Below, piece after piece: positions 39,234-47,332 of a stretch of DNA of 64,000 bases. Location of the stretch: positions 6,345 through 70,344 of the forward strand of contig JADHSC010000005.1 of assembly GCA_016777125.1 (NCBI GenBank), read 5' to 3'. The notes beneath the pieces are model-generated. The model searched no databases, was not told the DNA's origin, and saw only the letters and a list, made by a program, of their open reading frames with translations. Positions within the stretch are counted from its first letter, which is position 1. Each line of letters opens with the position of its first letter. The translations under genes were made by a program, and so were the position numbers. Source of the DNA: Candidatus Poseidoniaceae archaeon (GTDB lineage Archaea > Thermoplasmatota > Poseidoniia > Poseidoniales > Poseidoniaceae).

Positions 39234-40262
39234 TTCAGCCTTTGGCTGCAAGAAGTTCGAAATCGCTTGAGCGGATTCGTCTACATCTGATAACTCATGC
39301 ATGAGTGTTCGAACAGACTTCGCTCCAGGCAATCCCTTTGAGAATGCAATAGCGTGACGCTGCATTGATTGCTTAGCAAGTCCAGTTGTTTCTCTACAAA
39401 GTTCAACATATCGATCCCAACACCATTTTCGGCTCGCAAATGCCTTTGATGTTTCACTCATGAACTCCCATGAATGTTCATGCAACTGTACCCATGGTAA
39501 TTCAGATTCATCCATCCAACCCAATCCTACTTTGATCTGTCCGAAAACATCGGGCCGCCCAATAGCAGCTCTTCCAACCATAAGCCCAGATGCATTTGTC
39601 AATTCAAGACATCGTTGAGCGCTCTCAGCATCAGTGATGTCACCATTTGCTACAACTGGGATGTCGACAGCACCGACTGCACTCTGTATCGTCTGCCAAT
39701 CCGCAATGCCAGAGTAGCGTTGTCGCAGAGTTCGTCCATGAATACACAATCGCTGAGCACCGACTTTTTCCAGAGATTGACAAATATCAACAGCATTATT
39801 TGGTCCCTGACCAGTTCCTAGACGCATTTTTGCTGTTACTGGTATGTCGATTGCATCAACAATATGTTCAACCATCGAAACAAGTTTCTGCGGTTCACCC
39901 ATCAATGCAGCACCAGCACAAATATTGGTAACTTTTGGAGCAGGACACCCAAAATTAAGATCGATGACATCTGCACTTTCCTGAAGCATTGATGCTGCTG
40001 TGACCATATCATCCATCTCTCCTCCAAATATTTGAGGGATAAAGGGGGTTTCTCTTGGATCAGATTCCATCTTTCTCCATGAAGTGGTTGCTTCTCGACT
40101 CAAGGCTGTACTGTTGGTGAATTCAGTAATGGTGATATCAGCGCCACATTCTTTGGCTAATAGACGATAGGGAAGGTCAGAGACTCCAGCCATAGGGGCA
40201 AGATAGAGGGGTCTTTCTTCACCCGACCAAGGTTCGAAAACGTCGAATCCAATGGTCATCAT
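39222..40262 (-). CDS. tRNA-dihydrouridine synthase (Dus family) with C-terminal extension
   Basis: LAPMAGVSDLPYR and IDLNFGCPAPKV (FMN/TIM-barrel Dus motifs). Confidence 0.8.
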   Translation of the reverse strand: MMTIGFDVFEPWSGEERPLYLAPMAGVSDLPYRLLAKECGADITITEFTNSTALSREATTSWRKMESDPRETPFIPQIFGGEMDDMVTAASMLQESADVIDLNFGCPAPKVTNICAGAALMGEPQKLVSMVEHIVDAIDIPVTAKMRLGTGQGPNNAVDICQSLEKVGAQRLCIHGRTLRQRYSGIADWQTIQSAVGAVDIPVVANGDITDAESAQRCLELTNASGLMVGRAAIGRPDVFGQIKVGLGWMDESELPWVQLHEHSWEFMSETSKAFASRKWCWDRYVELCRETTGLAKQSMQRHAIAFSKGLPGAKSVRTLMHELSDVDESAQAISNFLQPKAESES

Positions 40263-41377
40263 TCATCGCCTATTGTCAACACTTCTTCGATCATGTCACC
40301 AACTCGGCGAATTCTTCGAAGAACTCGATCTAATCGAACAATGACATTTTGTTTTGCTATATCTGGCGACTCTCCAATCATTCTGTAGCCGAGAGGCAAT
40401 CGCCCCCCAAGTAAATTCAGAAGCAGCATTTGGTCGGTTGACCCGATATCATTCATTGCAGTTTCAACAAGTTCAATCGTCAGCTTTCCCTTTGCTAAGG
40501 GCTTGAGTAATGAATCATGTTGTCCTTCAGGAATCAAGCGCATGAATCCTCCTTTCTTCAACATCCAGTCTTCTCCGCGACGTTGATGTTGGGTTACCAT
40601 GGCCGACCAGAGCGTCATAGGAAGTCGATCAGTTCGCGGAATTCGTTCGATAAGTCCACATGTTCTGAATCGTTCAAACATCCGTCCTAAACGTGCCTTT
40701 TGTCCAGGTATTGCTTCATCTGCATCATCCAATGAAATCGGTGTGTCAGATTCAAGGAGCATCTTAAACAATCGTTCAGAAATTGAACCTTCACGCAATT
40801 CATCACCTGGTCGTTCACCTAACATTCCTAAATCGGCCATCCATTGGGTGAGAACGCTTGCCCCTGCTTCTTCGTTTGGTGGTCGATAATCAACGATTGC
40901 GAGTGTAAGCGGGAGTGGTGATTCTTCAGGTAATTCGTTCGGTAAACGCTCTCCTGTTCTTTTCCAAAAGGCGTCAATACGATCCATCTTCTGTTCAATC
41001 ATTAGCCGGTATTGGGCAGAACAAAGTTCCAACGCCTGAGTTAATCCTCCTCCTCGAAGCATGTAACGCCTCCAGCCTTTTCCTTCATTTGCGAAGGTAA
41101 GTAAACCGGAGTCGATCAATCGAGTGAGATGATGATTCAAAGCAGCAGGTGTCATTGCTAATTCATCAGCAAGCATTTGAGCATCCCATGAATCTCCTGG
41201 ATTTGGAAGAATATGATCTCGAAGGAGTCGATGTATTGGGGAGGCTGAACCATAATCGGCAGTTGCTTCGCCTTTTCTGCGAACGAAACAAAAGGACTCA
41301 ACCAACCAACCAACCAATCGGTCAATCGAGCGGTCGCTCGTCGGCATGGGTATCTCGTCCAACCGTACATTGAGCAT
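40259..41377 (-). CDS. winged-helix (wHTH) domain protein, putative transcriptional regulator
   Basis: ADELAMTPAALNHHLTRLIDSGLL is a typical HTH recognition helix. A second wHTH-like region occurs later in the protein. The start is uncertain. Confidence 0.5.
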   Translation of the reverse strand: MLNVRLDEIPMPTSDRSIDRLVGWLVESFCFVRRKGEATADYGSASPIHRLLRDHILPNPGDSWDAQMLADELAMTPAALNHHLTRLIDSGLLTFANEGKGWRRYMLRGGGLTQALELCSAQYRLMIEQKMDRIDAFWKRTGERLPNELPEESPLPLTLAIVDYRPPNEEAGASVLTQWMADLGMLGERPGDELREGSISERLFKMLLESDTPISLDDADEAIPGQKARLGRMFERFRTCGLIERIPRTDRLPMTLWSAMVTQHQRRGEDWMLKKGGFMRLIPEGQHDSLLKPLAKGKLTIELVETAMNDIGSTDQMLLLNLLGGRLPLGYRMIGESPDIAKQNVIVRLDRVLRRIRRVGDMIEEVLTIGDE

Positions 41378-41422
41378 AAGCCATCACATTCACCGATGGT
41401 CTTTGAAGACTGTGCATCAATT

Positions 41423-41436
41423 GCTTTCTAGAAAGC
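41423..41436. promoter_or_regulatory. perfect 14-bp palindrome GCTTTCTAGAAAGC in the promoter region of the wHTH gene
   Basis: Seen directly in the sequence. It lies about 40-60 nt upstream of the 41377 start on the minus strand, between two regulator genes. Confidence 0.35.
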
Positions 41437-41447
41437 GGTTATTGAAC

Positions 41448-42110
41448 TCAACGTCGTCGTCCGTCTTCCCATTGATATCGCAATCGTTCGGGGCGTTGGA
41501 ATGTTTCAGGTTCAATGTGGGGTGCTATCTCGAGACGATCCTGTCGAAGAATACCTCTGCGACGTAGCACCTTAACTGCTGAATGAACGCTCGCTCGAGA
41601 ACGTCCTATCCGACGTGCAAGTTCCGCTTGTGTCTTTGGAGCCCCCTCTTCTAGAATGTCATCCACAATTTGTCTTTGAACTGTAGACAAGCCAATTGGA
41701 AGGCTTGAAGCAACCATCTCTTGACTTGCAGTCATCGCTTGCAAGATTTCAACTTGCGCTGGACCACCAGCAAAGTAGCAGGTTCTTCCATTGACTGGCA
41801 TGACTGTAATATTGCTTTCATTTTGTAAAACATCCAGATGGTGTCGTAGCGTACCATTTGCAGCACTGAGTTCATGTTGAAGCTCACGATAGCATAGACC
41901 TGGATGTCGTTCAAGTGTACGCAGGACGCGTGTTCTGAACGGATGTTCGATATGTTGTCGCTTTGAAGCAACTCCGCCAAAGGTGAATGCTGAGGCTGCT
42001 GAGGCTGCTGCTACAACGCCGTGTGCCAATCCTGCAACACCGCCAGCAGCACCTGCGATTCCTGCAGCGAGCCATGGCCTTTGTCGAACCCATTGTGCAA
42101 GGAGTGCCAT
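41448..42110 (-). CDS. membrane-anchored wHTH transcriptional regulator-like protein
   Basis: N-terminal Gly/Ala-rich TM segment followed by two HTH-like segments (LCYRELQHELSAANGTLRHHLDVL and TQAELARRIGRSRASVHSAVKVL). Confidence 0.5.
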   Translation of the reverse strand: MALLAQWVRQRPWLAAGIAGAAGGVAGLAHGVVAAASAASAFTFGGVASKRQHIEHPFRTRVLRTLERHPGLCYRELQHELSAANGTLRHHLDVLQNESNITVMPVNGRTCYFAGGPAQVEILQAMTASQEMVASSLPIGLSTVQRQIVDDILEEGAPKTQAELARRIGRSRASVHSAVKVLRRRGILRQDRLEIAPHIEPETFQRPERLRYQWEDGRRR

Positions 42111-42157
42111 AGGTTTCGGTTTGCTTTTTGGTATCTTAAACCATCGTCTCTTTGAGT

Positions 42158-42613
42158 CTAAGCGCCGATGATGGAACCCTTGTGGATTTTCATAAATGCA
42201 ACAAGTGGTGAAAGTAATTTACCACAGGTTTTCCCATGTTCGGAAAGGCGGTATGTGACTCGAATTGGCGGTCCTTCACTGACACTGCGAACAACGAGAT
42301 CTTCATCTACAAGATAACGTAGTTTGTCAGAAAGAGTTCGAGAAGAGATTCCTTTGAGAAGATGTTTCATCTCATTGAATCGACGGTCTCCAGCGATGTA
42401 AAGCGTTGAGAGAATCTCGATTGTCCAACGTGAACCAAAAACATCCAATGCTTCAACGGCAGCATCAACCTCCCAAGCGATATCGAATGGACCTTGAGTG
42501 GAATGGTCTGAAAGAAGTGTTCGAATCTGTCCGCCGGTCTGGATTGTTTCGCTGATTTTATCGCTGATTGTTCTCAATTCGGTCGGCGGTAAAATCATTG
42601 GAGGTTCGGGCAT
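42158..42613 (-). CDS. HxlR-family HTH transcriptional regulator
   Basis: WTIEILSTLYIAGDRRFNEMKHLLKGISSRTLSDKLRYLVDEDLVVR...VTYRLSEHG matches the HxlR consensus. Confidence 0.75.
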   Translation of the reverse strand: MPEPPMILPPTELRTISDKISETIQTGGQIRTLLSDHSTQGPFDIAWEVDAAVEALDVFGSRWTIEILSTLYIAGDRRFNEMKHLLKGISSRTLSDKLRYLVDEDLVVRSVSEGPPIRVTYRLSEHGKTCGKLLSPLVAFMKIHKGSIIGA

Positions 42614-42713
42614 ATTTACTCGGAAGCAATAGGTATACTTGATTTCTTTTCAACACTTAGCAACAAAACGTGTAAGCGCATGATTCATGAACGTTTTGCT
42701 GTTCGTCCAGTTT

Positions 42714-44780
42714 ATGAAGGCTGTTGAGAACGTTGCAATCGTCGGTGCGGGGAACATGGGTTCTGGAATTGCCCAGAAAAGTGCTCAAGAAGCATTCAAC
42801 GTCCAAATGGTTGACCGAGAGGAACAATATGTGGCTCGTGGCCGTTCAATTATCGAGAATTTCCTGTCAGAAGCGATTGAACGCCGTATCTTTTCCCAAG
42901 CTGAAGTCGATGCAACATTGAATCGTATCACTGGAGTCATTGGGGTGGAGAATACCGCAGTTGACACAGATCTCGTTATCGAAGCAGTTTTCGAAGATTT
43001 TGACATCAAAACAGCAGTCTTTTCGACACTTGACGAAGTCTGTGGAGAAGATACAATTCTTGCATCCAATACCTCTTCGTTATCAGTCAACGCCCTTGCT
43101 GAAGCGACTGGGAGACCTGACCGTTTTGTTGGTCTCCATTTCTTTTACCATCCAGCAAAGAATAGACTTATCGAAGTCATTCCTGCTGAAACGACTTCGA
43201 AGGAAACCCTTGATCGAACCGTTCAATATTGCAGAACGCTCGGAAAAGTTGTCATCGTTTGCAAAGACAGACCTGGCTTTGTCGTCAATCGTTTCTTCGT
43301 TCCTTGGCTCAATGAAGCATGCCTTCTTCTTGAAGAGGGAGTTGCGAATGCGGCTCAAATCGATGCAATTTCTCGTAAAGCCTTCCGAATTGGATTAGGC
43401 CCATTCGGATTGATGAATTTGACAGGTCCACCTATCGCTCTTCATTCAACTGATTATCTCGCCGAGCAACTGAACACACCTCGATATGTTGGTGCACAGA
43501 ACCTTAGAGACTTAGTTGAAAACAATGCAATGTGGCCAATCGAAGAAGATGATTCCTTTAATCCTGAACAGTATACGACTGTTTCAGAACGTCTCCTTGG
43601 CGTCGTATTTGGCGTCGCTGCACAAATTGTTGATGAAGACATTTGTTTGATGGAAGACGTAGACCGTGGGGCTAAAGTTGGACTGCGATGGGCGAAGGGT
43701 CCATTCGAACTCATGAACCGTCTCGGTGTTGCAGAAGCATATCGTATGGCTTCAGCATATCAACAACTTACAGGCGAGACATGGAACCTTCCTGAGTTCT
43801 TTGAGCAACAAACATCTAATTGGGACTTTTCCTATGTTGATCTCCACACAGAAGATGGAATTGCAACCATTACCATTAATCGTCCAGAAGCAATGAACGC
43901 TTTGAATGAAGTCGTCGTTGAACAATTGACACAAGCAGTTCAAGCTGCTAATGCAAACGATGCAGTGTCAACAATTGTTCTCGATGGTGCTGGAAAAGCC
44001 TTCGTTGCAGGAGCAGATGTCAAATTCTTTGTCGATAAAATTCGTTCAGATTCAATCCCAGACATTGAAGTCTTTACAGAGAATGGACACGTACTCTTAT
44101 CGGCATTAGAAGACTCAAGCAAAACAACCGTTGCACTAACCACTGGATTGGCCCTCGGTGGTGGACTTGAACTTGCTCTCGCTTGTGATTTCCGCATTGG
44201 TACAAGAAGGACTCAATTTAGATTCCCAGAGACGAGTATTGGAATTTATCCAGCACTCGGTGGAACGCAACGTCCTGCTCGTATTGCAGGAAGAGAAATC
44301 GGTCGATGGGCAGTTCTTGCAGGGAACTTCATGAACGCTCAGACTGCAACAGATGTTGGACTTGTTACTCATTTGGTCGATGTGAACGAAGTAAACGCAA
44401 CCATTCAAACGATCCATTCAACTGGAAAACCAGCGGACAAATATCCTGGAACTCCATCGAATGGAAGCAGTCAGGTCGTACAGTTTGCTAAGAAATTCTA
44501 TGCAGATGAAAACATGGCGACACTTCTCGCAGGTGGATGTCCTGAAGGATTTGATGCTGAGGATAAAACAGTTGCACGCCAACTCAAGTCACTCAAATTT
44601 ACCGCACCAATTGGTCTTGCTATGGCCAGTGCTCGCATTGATGCAACAGGAACTACAACGCTTTCTAAGGGACTTGAAATGGAACTTGAAGGACTGAATC
44701 AAATCTTCTCTACAGAAGATGCTTTGGAAGGATTGAGTGCTCTTATCGAAGGACGTAGAGCAACATACAAGAATGCCTAA
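42714..44780 (+). CDS. bifunctional 3-hydroxyacyl-CoA dehydrogenase / enoyl-CoA hydratase (FadB-like, dehydrogenase-first order)
   Basis: N-terminal Rossmann VAIVGAGNMGSGIAQ plus the HACD C-domain. C-terminal crotonase fold ATITINRPEAMNALN...GAGKAFVAGADV. Confidence 0.85.
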   Translation: MKAVENVAIVGAGNMGSGIAQKSAQEAFNVQMVDREEQYVARGRSIIENFLSEAIERRIFSQAEVDATLNRITGVIGVENTAVDTDLVIEAVFEDFDIKTAVFSTLDEVCGEDTILASNTSSLSVNALAEATGRPDRFVGLHFFYHPAKNRLIEVIPAETTSKETLDRTVQYCRTLGKVVIVCKDRPGFVVNRFFVPWLNEACLLLEEGVANAAQIDAISRKAFRIGLGPFGLMNLTGPPIALHSTDYLAEQLNTPRYVGAQNLRDLVENNAMWPIEEDDSFNPEQYTTVSERLLGVVFGVAAQIVDEDICLMEDVDRGAKVGLRWAKGPFELMNRLGVAEAYRMASAYQQLTGETWNLPEFFEQQTSNWDFSYVDLHTEDGIATITINRPEAMNALNEVVVEQLTQAVQAANANDAVSTIVLDGAGKAFVAGADVKFFVDKIRSDSIPDIEVFTENGHVLLSALEDSSKTTVALTTGLALGGGLELALACDFRIGTRRTQFRFPETSIGIYPALGGTQRPARIAGREIGRWAVLAGNFMNAQTATDVGLVTHLVDVNEVNATIQTIHSTGKPADKYPGTPSNGSSQVVQFAKKFYADENMATLLAGGCPEGFDAEDKTVARQLKSLKFTAPIGLAMASARIDATGTTTLSKGLEMELEGLNQIFSTEDALEGLSALIEGRRATYKNA

Positions 44781-45019
44781 GCCCATTTGTCACTCATTGA
44801 TTGAATCGATTTGAGAACCGCTGATAGATCAATAGATTCCCCTTGTTCTTGAGCGAGGAGGATATTGTTCTCTACTGCATCAACCAGAACTTGCTCAGGT
44901 TCTTCGCCAAGCAGATCAGCAATCACTTCTTTCAGGGGCTTTGCCTTTCCTTGAAGAATAGCAATCTGTGCTCTTATCTTCTCATCATCGTCCTTTGGTG
45001 GACGCACGTTTGAACTCAT
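44777..45019 (-). CDS. small (80 aa) predicted helical acidic protein, translationally coupled to the JAMM gene
   Basis: ATGA overlap with the upstream JAMM gene. No Gly-Gly C-terminus. Composition suggests an all-helical fold. Confidence 0.45.
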   Translation of the reverse strand: MSSNVRPPKDDDEKIRAQIAILQGKAKPLKEVIADLLGEEPEQVLVDAVENNILLAQEQGESIDLSAVLKSIQSMSDKWA

Positions 45020-45561
45020 ACCAACACCTCGATTTTTATTTTATTATCTGCTTCGAGCCAGTGGTCCCAAGTAACAATGTCTTGATCAGTCCATGAAGAA
45101 AGAGGGCCAGTAACGCCAATCCGTTTTGTTGAATCCTCTCCCACCAGATTACGACTCTCTTTAACTCCAGGAGCCCCCAGAACAAGAGCACGGTCAAGGA
45201 TGCCTTGAGCGACTGCGAGGCTGTTCCTATCGGTTGAACTCCAATATGCATGGAATCCAGGATGGGTGTGGACCCACAAACGGAACGGGGCCATCATACC
45301 TACAGGTGGGCGTAATGGGACTCTCCCAGGTGACCCCCAATCGATTTGGATTGCTCCATTCGCATCGATGAGTACGGATGTTTCAAGCCCTGCAATCAAT
45401 GAAAGGTTGTACACCAAATCCCACCGTCCATGCTCAGCAGCTCGCCTTTGGACGAGAAGAAGTTCCTCAGTCTCAACCGCCTTCGCTTCGGCTTGGAGAC
45501 AAGCAGCCATCCAATGTTCGAATGTCAACCCCATTTCCTCAAGTTTTGTTACTGGAATCAA
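45016..45561 (-). CDS. JAMM/MPN+ family zinc metalloprotease (deubiquitinase-like)
   Basis: WVHTHPGFHAYWSSTD matches the HxH-x7-S-x2-D JAMM motif, with Glu residues upstream. 4-bp overlap with the E1-like gene. Confidence 0.7.
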   Translation of the reverse strand: MIPVTKLEEMGLTFEHWMAACLQAEAKAVETEELLLVQRRAAEHGRWDLVYNLSLIAGLETSVLIDANGAIQIDWGSPGRVPLRPPVGMMAPFRLWVHTHPGFHAYWSSTDRNSLAVAQGILDRALVLGAPGVKESRNLVGEDSTKRIGVTGPLSSWTDQDIVTWDHWLEADNKIKIEVLV

Positions 45562-46187
45562 GCGATCACCTCTGGGAATTTGAGTTCTCCAAACATGATG
45601 CTACCCATTCGTTCTTTCAAAACGGGTTGATTTCGTAATTGCCCAATGAGCCATGTCGCACCAGCAGCGGCAGCATTGACGTAGCCGAATTGAATGTTTC
45701 CAGCCTCGAGTGCTCCCTTAATTTGACAACTTGCAGGTTCATGGTCTGGTGTCATCATTGTTACTAATTCCGTATGGGATTCACTTGTGAAGAACACGTG
45801 CCCATCCCCTGTAGACCTCATATCAATCCACGGAACAGTAGAAGCATGGACCAATCGCCTAGGAAGGGGACGATCGACGCCTATGAGGACAAAATCAAAC
45901 CCTTCAAGTTGTTCTGCGTTTCTCAGATTCTCAGGAAAAGAATGACATGTTACAAATTCAAAATCAGTAAATCGTTGAGCAAGCACTTCTGTCTTTGCTT
46001 TGCCAATATCAGACTTTGTAAACCGTTGATGACCAAGATTTGTGGCTTCGACGATATCTCCGTCCATGAGCGTAATGGTGCATGTTCTCTGAATTCGTTC
46101 AAGCGCTGGAGCGAGAAGTTCGATGGTCATGCCACCAATTCCGCCAACACCTACGAGCAATATATTCGGGTTCCCCTGTTGTTCCAT
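45558..46187 (-). CDS. minimal E1-like adenylyltransferase (ThiF/MoeB/UbaA superfamily)
   Basis: ILLVGVGGIGG is the Rossmann GxGxxG. DGDIVEATNLGHQRF corresponds to the DxDxVExSNLNRQ motif. It is only 209 aa, with no CxxC zinc motifs and no rhodanese domain. Confidence 0.65.
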   Translation of the reverse strand: MEQQGNPNILLVGVGGIGGMTIELLAPALERIQRTCTITLMDGDIVEATNLGHQRFTKSDIGKAKTEVLAQRFTDFEFVTCHSFPENLRNAEQLEGFDFVLIGVDRPLPRRLVHASTVPWIDMRSTGDGHVFFTSESHTELVTMMTPDHEPASCQIKGALEAGNIQFGYVNAAAAGATWLIGQLRNQPVLKERMGSIMFGELKFPEVIA

Positions 46188-46223
46188 GAACAGTTCAATC
46201 TTCGACTGTTTATGAACCGAAAT

Positions 46224-47234
46224 CTAATTTTGGATTAATGGGAGTTTTTTGGTTGGGGGTGCAATACCCAAATCTTCAGGGAAAAACATCTCTGGATCAG
46301 GAAGGGGAATTGGTACAATCTCTCGGCCGATAAGGGCCACACGACTCGGACGACTTTCTGATAGAACTCGACGATCAATCTGCGGTGCAAGTTCATTTGA
46401 AAAGTTGAGAATATCTTCATGGCTTGGCATGTTTTCCATAGAGAGGTTTTCTCTGCTATGGCCAACATAGACGTAACCCTTCGCCTCAATCCAATCTGGA
46501 TCTGCACGATTATCAAGAGCAGCAAACTGCTTGATGTGTTCTGAAGACATATTGATTCCCTTCATCATGGTATGCCGACATACGATTCGAGTATCGAGGC
46601 TTGGAAGCAAATCGATGGTTTTCTCAAATTGATCCCACGCACCATTCCCCCATTTTGGTCGACAGACCTCATCGAACACCTGCTTGTTTGGAGCATCAAC
46701 TGAAACATAGAGTTGAGTTGGAAGCGTATCCAATTTCTCCAAGACCTTTGGAAGTGTTCCATTGGTAACAAGCATTGTTGTCATTCCATGCTTATGGCAC
46801 AGTTCCATGTATTCACCAAGTTTGGTATAGAGGGTTGGCTCTCCGTTGAGAGAAATTGCAACATGTTTCGGGTCCTGAGCTTCTTTGAATTTTTCAGGGG
46901 TAACCTTGTCATTTCCTCCAAAGCCAGAGAGCAATCGTCGCTGTGCTCGTACACTTTCGTAGAGGAGTTCAAGCGGATCTTGGTCGGTTAATTCAAGCGT
47001 ATCCATATGTGGTTCTCGCCAGCAATATGTGCAAGCAAGATTGCATTGGTCTACAACAGGAGACATCTGCATGCATGTATGGCTCTTTACTCCATAGAAT
47101 GTCCCTTTGTAACAGGAACGATCACGGAGAAGTGATTCTTTTGTCCAGTGGCATGTCTTCACGCCACCATGTTCTCCAACAATGTGGTAGCGTTGCTTTT
47201 GCAATTTGGCTTTCAATCCTGGATCCATACCCAT
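46224..47234 (-). CDS. taw1: tRNA 4-demethylwyosine synthase (Taw1/TYW1-like radical-SAM enzyme)
   Basis: YHIVGEHGGVKTCHWTK...CYKGTFYGVKSHTCMQMSPVVDQCNLACTYCWR shows the auxiliary Cys cluster plus the CxxxCxxC radical-SAM motif. Confidence 0.8.
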   Translation of the reverse strand: MGMDPGLKAKLQKQRYHIVGEHGGVKTCHWTKESLLRDRSCYKGTFYGVKSHTCMQMSPVVDQCNLACTYCWREPHMDTLELTDQDPLELLYESVRAQRRLLSGFGGNDKVTPEKFKEAQDPKHVAISLNGEPTLYTKLGEYMELCHKHGMTTMLVTNGTLPKVLEKLDTLPTQLYVSVDAPNKQVFDEVCRPKWGNGAWDQFEKTIDLLPSLDTRIVCRHTMMKGINMSSEHIKQFAALDNRADPDWIEAKGYVYVGHSRENLSMENMPSHEDILNFSNELAPQIDRRVLSESRPSRVALIGREIVPIPLPDPEMFFPEDLGIAPPTKKLPLIQN

Positions 47235-47332
47235 GTCGATTACTCCTAGAGCCGACTTCTTCGGTTGAGTTACCTCGATTGAGAACGGCTCGGATATGCA
47301 AGCCTCGTCCTCTTCTCACTTGAAGAAAACGG

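Noticed and set aside
44777-45019. 80-aa protein as a ubiquitin-like or SAMP modifier
   Set aside because: It does not end in Gly-Gly (it ends ...SDKWA), and its composition looks all-helical rather than beta-grasp. It is kept only as an unknown coupled partner.
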